This document shows, one piece after another, positions 9,056 through 18,185 of a DNA stretch of 64,000 nucleotides. The position numbers and the translations under genes were made by a program. How positions within the stretch are numbered: position 1 is the stretch's first letter; each line of letters begins with the position of its first letter. The DNA comes from Cyanobacteriota bacterium (lineage in GTDB: Bacteria > Cyanobacteriota > Cyanobacteriia > PCC-6307 > Cyanobiaceae), in assembly GCA_046052125.1 (NCBI GenBank), contig JBJOMY010000001.1, positions 512,001-576,000 on the forward strand. The letters are read 5' to 3'. Below the pieces are notes generated by a model that was given only the letters and a program-made list of their open reading frames with translations, was not told the origin of the DNA and searched no databases.

Positions 9056-10405
9056 ATGCGCCAGCAACCCCGAGGCACTTGCCTGGCTTGCGGCATCTGG
9101 GCCCTCCTTGCTGCCTCAACGCTGGCGGGTGCGTGCCCACGGGTCAGCGCCCAGAGCACAGACGCGCTCGAGAGCCCATCCACCCCGAAGCCAACGCCTG
9201 AGCAGCTGAGCCTGGCCAACGGCTGGCCTGATCTCCAGGAGCTGCTTCACCTCCCGGCCTGGATGCAGATAGAGCTCAGCGTGACCGCTGAGCCGCTGTT
9301 CAATCCCATGGGCGGAGAGCGTTCCGCAGGCAGCTGGATTCAGCAAGGCACCCTCAGCCTGGAGCTGAGCAGCGGCCTGAACCGCCCCAGTGCCAACTGG
9401 AGAGAGCTCGATCACTGGCAGCTGAACGCCACGGTGAATCACGACGCCGGCGATGCCTACTACAGCAGCGCCATCGGCGCCCTGTTCCCGTTGCAACAGG
9501 CGGCCTATCCGCCCGGTTTCTATCTCTCCGAGCTGTCGATCGAACGCGCCGGGGGTGATGGCTGGCTGAGCCTGAAGGCCGGAATCCTGCCGATCAACCC
9601 GGATTTCGTTGAGGTGCCGGTGCTCGGCAACTACGTGCACTCAGCCTTCAACAACACCCTCAACATCACCGTCGCGGGCCTGCCGATCAACCCCTACAGC
9701 GCCATCGGCGCTGTCGTCGAGGCCCAGGCGAGCCAGGACCTCAGCCTGCGCTACGGGCTGTTTGATCTCAACACCACCGACACCATCTCCAGGTGGCTGG
9801 GCCTCAGGGACGGCGCCCTTGGCCCCAACTCCGGCACCGCTCAATTTCTGCAGCTGGATCTGCAGCCGGCCTCGATGAGCGCCGCACCATTGCAGGCCTG
9901 CCGCACCAAGCAGGGTGTGGTGCGCTGGAGCAACAAACGGGGCCCCTGCCCGACGCCGGTGACGGTGGTGAACCAACTGCATGACGGCCTGCTGAGCGTG
10001 GGGGGATTCCTCACCAGCGAGAACGGCAATGGCGTGTACGGCAGCCTCACGCTGCCCAGCGGACTGCCCCTGGGCCTCACGGATCGGCTCTGGATCGGAG
10101 CCTCCTACTCGCCGGATGCCTCCGAGGTGATCGCCCCCAGCTTTGTGGGCGGCGGCGTGGTGATCCAGGGGCTCCTACCCGACAGGCCACTGGATGTGGC
10201 GGTGTTCGGCATTGGGCGAGGCGGCCTGAGCAACCAGTTCAACAGCAGTGCCTACGAAGGGATGCTGGAGCTGGGATACCGGATCCAACTCAATCATCGG
10301 CTCAGCCTGCAACCCACCCTGCAGTGGATCTTCAACCCCAGCGGATCCGCCGAGCCCCTGCCAGGGATCCTGGCCGCGGGGATGCAACTCAGCGCCAGTT
10401 TCTAA
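9056..10405 (+). CDS. carbohydrate-selective porin, OprB family
   Basis: Signal peptide; C-terminal ELGYRIQL...LQPTLQWIFNPSG...ASF beta-barrel ending. Confidence 0.8.
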   Translation: MRQQPRGTCLACGIWALLAASTLAGACPRVSAQSTDALESPSTPKPTPEQLSLANGWPDLQELLHLPAWMQIELSVTAEPLFNPMGGERSAGSWIQQGTLSLELSSGLNRPSANWRELDHWQLNATVNHDAGDAYYSSAIGALFPLQQAAYPPGFYLSELSIERAGGDGWLSLKAGILPINPDFVEVPVLGNYVHSAFNNTLNITVAGLPINPYSAIGAVVEAQASQDLSLRYGLFDLNTTDTISRWLGLRDGALGPNSGTAQFLQLDLQPASMSAAPLQACRTKQGVVRWSNKRGPCPTPVTVVNQLHDGLLSVGGFLTSENGNGVYGSLTLPSGLPLGLTDRLWIGASYSPDASEVIAPSFVGGGVVIQGLLPDRPLDVAVFGIGRGGLSNQFNSSAYEGMLELGYRIQLNHRLSLQPTLQWIFNPSGSAEPLPGILAAGMQLSASF

Positions 10406-11802
10406 CTGCTGAGACGACCCGAAGCCATCGCCTCCAGTAAGCGCAGATGATCGCGCTCCACCTGGTCGGCATAGGCCAGTGCATCGGCACTGAAGGCGCG
10501 ATCGATCGGCTTCTGGCCGTCTAACGCCTCGGCAAGGGCAAAGCGATCCCCCGAGCGGGCATGGCCCCGCGCCAGCACCGAGGCACACAAGCGGCCATAG
10601 GCCTTGAGCGCATCGGGCTTCATTGCCTCCACCGGTAGCGATGCCTTCCAATCGCGCAGCTGCCGCCAGTAGGCGTGATGGCCGCCGGGGGCGGTGGTCC
10701 AGCCGAGGAAGGGATCGCTCACGCACTGGAGCAGGCGCTGCCCCTCCACCACCCGCTGGCCCTGGTGCTCGCCCTGGCTGTTCTCAAGCCGTCCGAGGGG
10801 CTCCGCCAGGGCCGAGGGCAGCGCCTGTTTGCTCTGGAGCAGCAGCAAATCATCGGGGTGAGGCCCCTGAAGCAGGGTGATGCTGCAGCGGGTACCCACC
10901 GAACCCACCCCCACAGCCTTGAAGGCAGTGTCCACGATCCGGTAGGCGCTCGCCAGATGACGCCGCTGCGATTGCACGCTCTCGAGATAACCCTTGAGCA
11001 AGGCCGAGAGGGCCAGGTCGTGATCGGGCTGAGCGAAGACACTCGGATCCACCTGCCGGTGGCGCCAGAGCAGCGGCGGTTCATGGCGCAGCTGCCAGTG
11101 CCCATCGGCATGCAGCTCGGCGTAGCGGGCCACCGCCTGACGGCCGCTGCGGCGGCGCGCATGGGCTGCTGCATCGAGCAGATGCTGGCGAAAGGAGCCC
11201 TTGCCCTCCTCCTCCACAAACCGCTCCACATCCAGGAGGGTGGTCCAAAGCTCCAGGGTGGGGAGATCAGAGAAGGCCGCGATCGCCTTGCGGTAGCGGC
11301 TGGACACCTTGCGGGCGAGGCGAGCCTGCTCCTCGGCATCAAGCCCCAGCTGGCGGGCCACCAACACCAGGCTCACCAGCAGGCGTTTGAGATCCCACTC
11401 CCACGGGCCGGGGAATGTCTCATCGAAGTCGTTGATGTCGAACACCAACGTGCGCTCCGGTGAGGCGTAGAAGCCGAAGTTGAGCAGATGGGCGTCGCCG
11501 CAGAGCTGCACCTGCAAGGAGCTCTGGGGAACCCGGCCCAAATCCGAGGCCATCAACGCCGCACTGCCGCGAAACCAGGCGAAGGGGCTCTGGGCCATGC
11601 GCCGATGACGCTCCGCCACTAACCAGGGCAGACGCTGGGCGTTCTGCTGCTCGAGGAGCGCGATCGGATCGGCCCGATCCACTGGCGCCTGCCAGGGATC
11701 AAGACAGGCATCGAGTCCAGCCATCCGGCGCACAGGGGTGCTCTCAACCCATGGCATAGCGACCAGAGTGGAGAGGTGCTCGATCCACGGCGTCTTGTTC
11801 AT
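10402..11802 (-). CDS. DUF2252 family protein (kinase-like fold); start uncertain
   Basis: SPFAWFRGSA, CGDAHLLNFG, FDINDFDE, GVGSVG, LARGHARSGD motifs. Confidence 0.88.
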   Translation of the reverse strand: MNKTPWIEHLSTLVAMPWVESTPVRRMAGLDACLDPWQAPVDRADPIALLEQQNAQRLPWLVAERHRRMAQSPFAWFRGSAALMASDLGRVPQSSLQVQLCGDAHLLNFGFYASPERTLVFDINDFDETFPGPWEWDLKRLLVSLVLVARQLGLDAEEQARLARKVSSRYRKAIAAFSDLPTLELWTTLLDVERFVEEEGKGSFRQHLLDAAAHARRRSGRQAVARYAELHADGHWQLRHEPPLLWRHRQVDPSVFAQPDHDLALSALLKGYLESVQSQRRHLASAYRIVDTAFKAVGVGSVGTRCSITLLQGPHPDDLLLLQSKQALPSALAEPLGRLENSQGEHQGQRVVEGQRLLQCVSDPFLGWTTAPGGHHAYWRQLRDWKASLPVEAMKPDALKAYGRLCASVLARGHARSGDRFALAEALDGQKPIDRAFSADALAYADQVERDHLRLLEAMASGRLSS

Positions 11803-13300
11803 GGCCCTGTCGTTTCAGGAGCTGCAAGCTCAGCTGCAACCGGGATGGGGGTGCGAGCACAGCGGTGATGGCGGGCAGTTCGATGTGCTGGTGGTGCCAT
11901 CGCTATCGATGGACCGCGCCTTGATGGCGCTGGTCACCGGCGCCCACCATTACGAAGAGCGCCAGCTGTTTTCGTTGATCCGCCTGCGGGATCCGGGTGT
12001 GCGGGCCATCTACGTAACCAGCAAGTTGTTGCCGGAGCTGGTGGTGGATGCGGTGCTCGAGCTAATGCCAGGCGTTCCCACCTCCCACGCCCGCCGGCGG
12101 CTGCACCTGTTCGACACCGACGACGCCTCCAACCGCCCGCTCACCGAAAAACTCTTGGAACGGCCGGCCCTGCTCGGCCGCATCCGCGAGCTACTGCGCC
12201 CGGGCCGCAGCTTCATCAGCTGCTTTGTGGTGACGGAGCTGGAAAAACGGCTCTCCGAAGTGCTGCAGGTGCCCCTGCTCGGCACCGATCCTGCCCTCAG
12301 CTATTGGGGCAGCAAAGCGGGGAGCCGTGAGCTGTTCGCGCGCTGCGGTGTGCCCCATCCGGCCGGCAGCGGCCTGGTGCACAACCTCGCCGACCTGGCG
12401 GAGGTGAGCGCAGAGCTGTGGGAATCCCAGCCGGAGCTGAAACGCTGTGTGGTGAAGCTCAACGAGGGCATCAGCGGTGAAGGCAACGCCACCCTGGAGC
12501 TCGAGCCGCTGGAGTTAGCGAGCCGCAGCGGGCGGGAGCGGCGCCAGCTGCTCGCCGAGGCGCTGGAGCAGCTGCCGATGCCGGCCCAGGGCTGGCGGGA
12601 ACTGATGGCGCAACAGGGAGCTCTTGTGGAGTGTTGGCTGGAGGGCGGCGAGAGCCTCAGCTCACCAAGCGTGCAGGGCACGATTCATCCAGGCGGCCGG
12701 GTGGAATTGCTCTCCACCCACGAGCAGATCCTCGGGGGTGCCGGCGGACAGACCTACCTCGGCTGTCGCTTTCCAGCCGACGATGCCTACCGGCTCGAGC
12801 TGATGCGCCACGGCCAGGCGGTGGGAGAAGCCCTGGCCCGTGAAGGGGCGCTGGAGCGCTACGCAGTGGACTTCATCGCCCGGCAGATCGGCGGCACTTG
12901 GGATTTACAGGCGATTGAAGTGAACCTGCGCCAGGGCGGCACCACCCACCCCACCATGGCCCTGCGCGCGATCACCACCGGACAGCTCGACCCAGACACC
13001 GGCCTGTTCATGGCCCCCACCGGCCAGGCGGTGTACTACACCGCCACCGACAACCTCACCCACCCGAACCTGCGCGGCCTGCTCCCCGCCGATCTGATCG
13101 ACATCGTGGCCGAGGCCGATCTGCACTACGACCCGGCGCGGCTGCGGGGCAGCGTGTTTCACCTGTTGGGATGCCTCTCGGAATTCGGCAAGCTGGGCAT
13201 GACCTGCGTGGGCCGCAGCGCCAGCGAAGCCGAAGCGGTGTATCGCGGCACGGCCGATGGCTTGATCGCCAGGGCCAGCGAGCTGCAGGCTCAGCTCTGA
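11801..13300 (+). CDS. peptide ligase PGM1-related ATP-grasp protein
   Basis: HYEERQLF, VKLNEGISGEGN, SPSVQ, STHEQILGG, IEVNLRQGGTTHP. Confidence 0.82.
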   Translation: MALSFQELQAQLQPGWGCEHSGDGGQFDVLVVPSLSMDRALMALVTGAHHYEERQLFSLIRLRDPGVRAIYVTSKLLPELVVDAVLELMPGVPTSHARRRLHLFDTDDASNRPLTEKLLERPALLGRIRELLRPGRSFISCFVVTELEKRLSEVLQVPLLGTDPALSYWGSKAGSRELFARCGVPHPAGSGLVHNLADLAEVSAELWESQPELKRCVVKLNEGISGEGNATLELEPLELASRSGRERRQLLAEALEQLPMPAQGWRELMAQQGALVECWLEGGESLSSPSVQGTIHPGGRVELLSTHEQILGGAGGQTYLGCRFPADDAYRLELMRHGQAVGEALAREGALERYAVDFIARQIGGTWDLQAIEVNLRQGGTTHPTMALRAITTGQLDPDTGLFMAPTGQAVYYTATDNLTHPNLRGLLPADLIDIVAEADLHYDPARLRGSVFHLLGCLSEFGKLGMTCVGRSASEAEAVYRGTADGLIARASELQAQL

Positions 13301-13770
13301 GCGCCCGCCATCGCAGCGGGAATCACCAGCACCGGCACCTTGGCATTGACAAGCACCCGCTGGGTTTCACTGCCGATCAACAGCCCCGCCAGCCCGCGCC
13401 GCCCATGGGAAGCCATGGCGATCAGATCGCAACCGAGGCGCTCGGCCGCCTCGAGGATCGCTTCATGCACCAGGGGGCTAACGCAGGTGTCGCCGCTGGC
13501 CTCCACGCCCCGGGCCTTGGCCTGCTCCAGGGCCTGATCGAGCACGGATTGGGCGAAGGCCTCATTCGCCTGGCGGAACTGCTCGCTCAGGGCAGGATCG
13601 AGCACCAGCCCTTCGCCATAGATGGCCACATCGGGGCGGCCGTAGTAGCTGGGCTGCACGTGAAACACCCTCAGCTGGGCGCCGCACTGTTGGGCGAGAT
13701 CCAGGGCCGCGTTCAGCGCCGCAGCCGAGAGATCGGAGCCATCGATGGGCACCAACACACGACGAACCAT
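13291..13770 (-). CDS. universal stress protein (UspA family)
   Basis: VLVPIDGS...DLIAMASHGRRG...IGSETQRVL...PVLVI. Confidence 0.93.
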   Translation of the reverse strand: MVRRVLVPIDGSDLSAAALNAALDLAQQCGAQLRVFHVQPSYYGRPDVAIYGEGLVLDPALSEQFRQANEAFAQSVLDQALEQAKARGVEASGDTCVSPLVHEAILEAAERLGCDLIAMASHGRRGLAGLLIGSETQRVLVNAKVPVLVIPAAMAGAQS

Positions 13771-13806
13771 GGCAGCCCTACCCAGCAGCTATTCGAACGC
13801 TAGGAA

Positions 13807-14463
13807 CTACGCAGCGATCCAACCAGCCAGATGGGAGGCCGCCTGGGAGCGCACCAGCGCCCGGGCCGCCGGCAGGGCCGGCTCGAGCCGCTCGGAGCTG
13901 AAGTGCGGCAGGTTGCGACTGCGCAGCCAGGCACCCCAGCGGAATTCATGGAAGGGAATCAGCGGGGCCGCCTGCACCAGGCCTTCGCGCTTGAGCTTCC
14001 ACACCAGGCTGCGGTAGGGGTCGTCCTGGGTACCGCTCAGGCTGGTGGGCAGGGCCGTGGGCGGCAACGGCCCGAGGCCACGGCCGTCGTAGAGATACAA
14101 CCAGCCCCGCTGGTGCAGCTGCTCCAACACCGCATGGCGCTCCGACACCTCGAGCTGAAGCACCACATAGCCGAAGGCGGTGGCGTTGGGATCAAGATCG
14201 AACAACCCCCGCAGGCGGTGATGGCGATCCACCATCCACAGCTCCCCGGAGGCGCTGCGGACCAGGGGCGTGGGTTTGCGCTTCAGGTAGCGGCGCCGCT
14301 CCTTCGGGTCGTCCTTGGCGAAGTCGAGCTGGCGGCTGCGGATCTCGGCCATGCCCACACACAGTTGGGTGGGCTGGAGCGCCTGCAGCGGCACCTCCAG
14401 CAGGTCAACCCCGTCGCCGGATGGAGCCGGCAACGGCTGATAGGGGGGCAACCGCAACGCCAT
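13807..14463 (-). CDS. ParB-like (ParBc_2-type) protein
   Basis: LQPTQLCVG, VDRHHRL, DDPYRSL and PFHEFRW motifs. Confidence 0.8.
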   Translation of the reverse strand: MALRLPPYQPLPAPSGDGVDLLEVPLQALQPTQLCVGMAEIRSRQLDFAKDDPKERRRYLKRKPTPLVRSASGELWMVDRHHRLRGLFDLDPNATAFGYVVLQLEVSERHAVLEQLHQRGWLYLYDGRGLGPLPPTALPTSLSGTQDDPYRSLVWKLKREGLVQAAPLIPFHEFRWGAWLRSRNLPHFSSERLEPALPAARALVRSQAASHLAGWIAA

Positions 14464-14493
14464 GGAGCGACCCTAAGCCGAATTTCCGCAGCG

Positions 14494-14940
14494 GTGATCA
14501 GTGCCTGGCTAGGCGTGCTGCTCTGGCTCGGGTTGAGCGGGCCAGCCCTGGCGGTTCAGGCCTGCGCGCCGATCGATGCGCCGGCGGTGGCGGAGCTGTT
14601 TGATCACTGGAATGGCGCACTGCGCAGCGGCGACCCGGCCCAGGTGAGCGCGCTCTACAGCGCGGATGCCCTGCTGCTGCCCACCCTCTCGGCCGAAGCG
14701 CGCACCACGCCGGATGGCATCCGCAACTATTTCGAGGGCTTCCTGGCAGGCGGGCCCCAGGGGCGCATCGAGCGCCGAAGCATCCAGCTGGGCTGCAATG
14801 AGGCGATGGATGCCGGCACCTACAGCTTCCGCTTTGCCGATGGGCATGTGGTGCAAGCCCGCTACACCTTTGTGTATGTGTTCAGCGATGGGCGCTGGCA
14901 GATTCAGCACCACCACTCGTCTCTGGTGCCCGCGGATTAA
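14494..14940 (+). CDS. SgcJ/EcaC family NTF2-like exported protein
   Basis: Signal peptide (GPALA); LFDHWN, LLPTLS, ARYTFVY, IQHHHSS; GTG start uncertain. Confidence 0.8.
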   Translation: MISAWLGVLLWLGLSGPALAVQACAPIDAPAVAELFDHWNGALRSGDPAQVSALYSADALLLPTLSAEARTTPDGIRNYFEGFLAGGPQGRIERRSIQLGCNEAMDAGTYSFRFADGHVVQARYTFVYVFSDGRWQIQHHHSSLVPAD

Positions 14941-15371
14941 GCGCTCTTCGTGAGATAGCTGTTGAAACCACCGCGCGGAGCGACCACCACGGGGTGAGGG
15001 GGCTGTTGACCCCGGCAGGCCTCCTGGTGCTCACGCACGGTGCAAGCAAACATCTCCAGAAACAGATCACGATCCGCCAGGGATCCGGTGAGGCCACAGC
15101 TGAGGTAGAGCTGGCGCAGGGGCGTCCAGGGGCGGGATGCCACGAGGGCATGCAGCTTCTGCAGCCTGAAACGGCGCAAGGCCTTCAGCGGCGGTTCACC
15201 GCAATGGGCATGGCAAAGGTTCTGCAGCGTGCGCACGCTCACGTGGCAATGGCGAGCCAGATCCGCCATGCGCAGGGGACCGGCGTAATGCTCAGCGATA
15301 TAAGCGGCCAGCGCCGTCATCACGCCCGCGTCAGCTGGAGACTCAGCAACTGGCCTTGGGGATGACTGCAC
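14937..15371 (-). CDS. AraC-type HTH-only regulator
   Basis: YIAEHY...LARHCHVSVRTLQ...PLKALRRFRL; no sensor domain. Confidence 0.7.
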   Translation of the reverse strand: MQSSPRPVAESPADAGVMTALAAYIAEHYAGPLRMADLARHCHVSVRTLQNLCHAHCGEPPLKALRRFRLQKLHALVASRPWTPLRQLYLSCGLTGSLADRDLFLEMFACTVREHQEACRGQQPPHPVVVAPRGGFNSYLTKSA

Positions 15372-15505
15372 GTGCAGCGTTGTCTTTCAGCTGTGGGCAG
15401 AACCCTATGGGGATCAATCCGCGTTCCATGCCATGTGCGACACAGGATTGAGCCTTATACCGATCTCGCATAAAACCACTATCTGATCGCTAATCAGAAG
15501 GGCGC

Positions 15506-16063
15506 CTAAAAACGAATCCCGCTGAAGATCGGCATCGTGGCGTAACCCAGGGAGGCCGGCACCGGATTCGGTCCAGCCGGAAGGGCCTGCACAGCAAACA
15601 TGTAGGTGTCGGCCTGGAAGGGGTTGTTCCAGGGCTTGAGGGCCACCGTGATCGTTTGGCCCGGCTGGGGCGGTTCCGGGAACTGCACCGTGACCCGCCG
15701 CGCCTGATCATCGAACTGGGCCTGAACCGGTATCCGCGCCCCCTCCCGGCGGGGTAGCCCCACAAAGGCCTCGGTGCGCTCCGGCGCGAACTGGAAGCTG
15801 CGATCCACGCCGCGGGTTTGTTGAATCGTGAGGCCGCCGAGGCCAGCACCGGCCCGCTCAGGGAGGGTCACCGTGAAGTAGTAGGTGGCGGCCGTTTGCC
15901 CGATGTACCAGTAGTAATTGGTGAAGCCCACCTTCCAGGGCGGGCTGGTGAACCAGGTCTGGTTGTTCACCTCCACGGCCTGCACTGGTGCGGCCATCAC
16001 CTGAAGCGCGGCAAGCGCCGGCATGGCCCAACCCAGTCCGGAGGCTCTTGAGAGGTTCAGCAT
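15506..16063 (-). CDS. DUF2808 family exported protein
   Basis: WFTSPPWKV, YYFTVTLP, FPEPPQPGQTITVAL...NP; start at 16063 or 16024. Confidence 0.75.
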   Translation of the reverse strand: MLNLSRASGLGWAMPALAALQVMAAPVQAVEVNNQTWFTSPPWKVGFTNYYWYIGQTAATYYFTVTLPERAGAGLGGLTIQQTRGVDRSFQFAPERTEAFVGLPRREGARIPVQAQFDDQARRVTVQFPEPPQPGQTITVALKPWNNPFQADTYMFAVQALPAGPNPVPASLGYATMPIFSGIRF

Positions 16064-16139
16064 CGTGGAACAGCCTGTTGGGCGAAAGCTAGCGGCGGTT
16101 CCAGCGGTTGATAGGGTCAGACAGCTTGCTGTCAGATCG

Positions 16140-16313
16140 ATGAACCGAGCCGACCTCGACGCCATCGAGCTGATGTTGCGGGATCTGAACACCCGCCACG
16201 ACGAGATCCGTCACCGCGCCGCCTTCCGCGGCTGCACCCGCGAACTGCTCACCCTGCAGCAGGAACTGGTGCGCTACCTGATGGCCAAACGCGAAGGCCT
16301 CAACGGCCGCTGA
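16140..16313 (+). CDS. small hypothetical helical protein (57 aa)
   Basis: MNRADLDAIELMLRDLNTRHDEIRHRAAFRGC...; host-like codons; fits the gap. Confidence 0.65.
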   Translation: MNRADLDAIELMLRDLNTRHDEIRHRAAFRGCTRELLTLQQELVRYLMAKREGLNGR

Positions 16314-16316
16314 GCC

Positions 16317-17609
16317 TCAGGCCGCCTGTGCAAACGGCTCTGGGTTCTGGTCCCGGCGGTGCTGCACCGGCAGGGGCGGTCCCTGTTCTTCACCGACCAA
16401 CGCAGCGGTGGCCTCCAGGGCTGCACGCCAGCGCCGGGCCGCATGCAAGCTCATGTCCCGCGGAACACTCACCCGATCCCGCCAGTAGCGCAGCCCCGCC
16501 GCTGTGCCCGCAGGGGGCGTCAGCAGGGCTTCAGCCCCGTACCGCAGCAGGTTGGTGAGCGCGGTTCGCAAGGCACGTTCAAGCGCCTGGCCCACCTCCG
16601 GACTGTGCTGCTCGCCCAGAGGATTCACCGCCAAAAGCTTTTGGCGATGGCGAAGCACCCGAGCGAGGGCTTCCGAAACGGCCGACTCGGGGGCGGCCTG
16701 GCGAGTTTCCACTACGGCGGGGTGGTCAACAGGCCAGGGGCCCTGATCGACCCAGCGAGCCAGCTGCTGCTGCTCGGCGCTACCGCTGGCTAAGCAACAC
16801 CCCATCTGCGGCGGCAGATCGTGGGCATGGGTGTGGATGTCACTCTGGGTTCCCAGATAGGTGGAACGCTGCTCCAACGCCGCAAACCAGCGATCGATGG
16901 CTGGGTGGTGCTGGCGGAGCCCATAGCCCTTGTAGTAGGCGAGCGATGCGTTCATGCGCTCCAAATAGGGCACAAAGATCACATCGGCGGTGCCGAAGGC
17001 CGAGCGGAAAAAGGGGCCCGGCGTGGCCTCCAGGGCCTGCTCCACCAGCGAGGCCATCCGCGCAAAGTGCTGCTCGGCTGCAGCCGTGTGGGCTCCCTCG
17101 CCCTCGCAGTAACAGAGCCATTGGCACCAGGCCCGGAACAGGCGCCGCTCCAGCTGCCGCAGCGCAAATACATCGGGATCCTGGAGCCCCTCGCCGAGCG
17201 GTCCGAAGCTCTCCTCGAGGGCCTGCAGGATCAGGTCGCTTTCGGTGATCAGATGGCCATCGAGCTCGAGCGCCGGCAGCATTCCGGAGGGCACCAGCTG
17301 CTTGAACCAGCGCTCCTTCTCGCCGTAGCAGAACATCGTGACCTTGCGGACCCGGTAGGGGATCCGCTTCTCCTCGAGCCAAAGCCACACCTTCTGGCAG
17401 TAGGGGCACCAGGCGTGATGGTCGCGGTAGAGGGTGACGCGCACCTCGCTTTCCGGCCGGCCGAACAGGCGCAGCCGCGCCTGGGCATTGGTGGGGCCCT
17501 CCACCCGCTGAAGCTGCAACTCGCTTTCGCTGCAGGCCGGGAGGCGCCGCTCCAGCTCAGCCCAACTCAGGGGCTCAGCCACAGCAATCGGTTCGGCGGT
17601 GAGATCCAT
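16317..17609 (-). CDS. glutathione S-transferase family protein (CPYC active site)
   Basis: YRDHHAWCPYCQKVWLWLEEK, GMLPALELDG, TESD. Confidence 0.9.
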   Translation of the reverse strand: MDLTAEPIAVAEPLSWAELERRLPACSESELQLQRVEGPTNAQARLRLFGRPESEVRVTLYRDHHAWCPYCQKVWLWLEEKRIPYRVRKVTMFCYGEKERWFKQLVPSGMLPALELDGHLITESDLILQALEESFGPLGEGLQDPDVFALRQLERRLFRAWCQWLCYCEGEGAHTAAAEQHFARMASLVEQALEATPGPFFRSAFGTADVIFVPYLERMNASLAYYKGYGLRQHHPAIDRWFAALEQRSTYLGTQSDIHTHAHDLPPQMGCCLASGSAEQQQLARWVDQGPWPVDHPAVVETRQAAPESAVSEALARVLRHRQKLLAVNPLGEQHSPEVGQALERALRTALTNLLRYGAEALLTPPAGTAAGLRYWRDRVSVPRDMSLHAARRWRAALEATAALVGEEQGPPLPVQHRRDQNPEPFAQAA

Positions 17610-17682
17610 GCAACCAGCATGGCCGAGCCGGCCCAGCAGCTGCGGTTCGAACGCCGGGCATAACGCCATCGCGTTGTCAGGA

Positions 17683-17710
17683 GATCTGCAGATTGCGACA
17701 TCTGCAGATC
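17683..17710. promoter_or_regulatory. inverted-repeat operator candidate between the divergent GST and arsR genes
   Basis: GATCTGCAGAT-N6-ATCTGCAGATC perfect 11-bp inverted repeat; each arm contains the palindrome ATCTGCAGAT. Confidence 0.55.
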
Positions 17711-17758
17711 GCAGATCCGCTTTACGCTGAAGTTCACCCAGCAAACGAAGGTCTGGCG

Positions 17759-18064
17759 ATGGAGCACCTGGCTGACTACTTCAAGGTGTTTTCCGAACCC
17801 AATCGCCTGGCGGTACTGGAAGCGCTGCGGGCCGGCCCCCTCAACGTGACCGCCGTGGTGGAGAAAACCAAGCTCAGCCAGGCCTTGGTGTCCAAGCACC
17901 TCAAGCTGCTCACGATCGCCGGGGTGGTGCAGCGCAGACCCGAGGGATCGCTGGTGTTTTACGACGTGAATGACAAGGCAGTGTTCAAGCTGCTGGCTCA
18001 GGCGGAAAAGCTGCTGCTCGCCTCACGCCGCCAACAACTTGACGCCCTGGCCGCGATCCTCTGA
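17759..18064 (+). CDS. ArsR/SmtB family transcriptional regulator
   Basis: FKVFSEPNRLAVL...SQALVSKHLKLL...VQRRPEG..VFY. Confidence 0.9.
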   Translation: MEHLADYFKVFSEPNRLAVLEALRAGPLNVTAVVEKTKLSQALVSKHLKLLTIAGVVQRRPEGSLVFYDVNDKAVFKLLAQAEKLLLASRRQQLDALAAIL

Positions 18065-18185
18065 GGGCGAGCGCGATTGCGCCTCGGCTCAAGGCGGATC
18101 GTCGCGGCGAAGGTTTTCCGTTATGCGTCAGTCGTCATACTTCTACCCTTAAAGGGCAATCGCTGGGCATCCGCCGCGTTCTGGC

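Noticed and set aside
13807..14463. ParB-like gene as a sign of a plasmid or partition system
   Set aside because: No parA or parS; this ParBc_2-type family sits among chromosomal housekeeping genes
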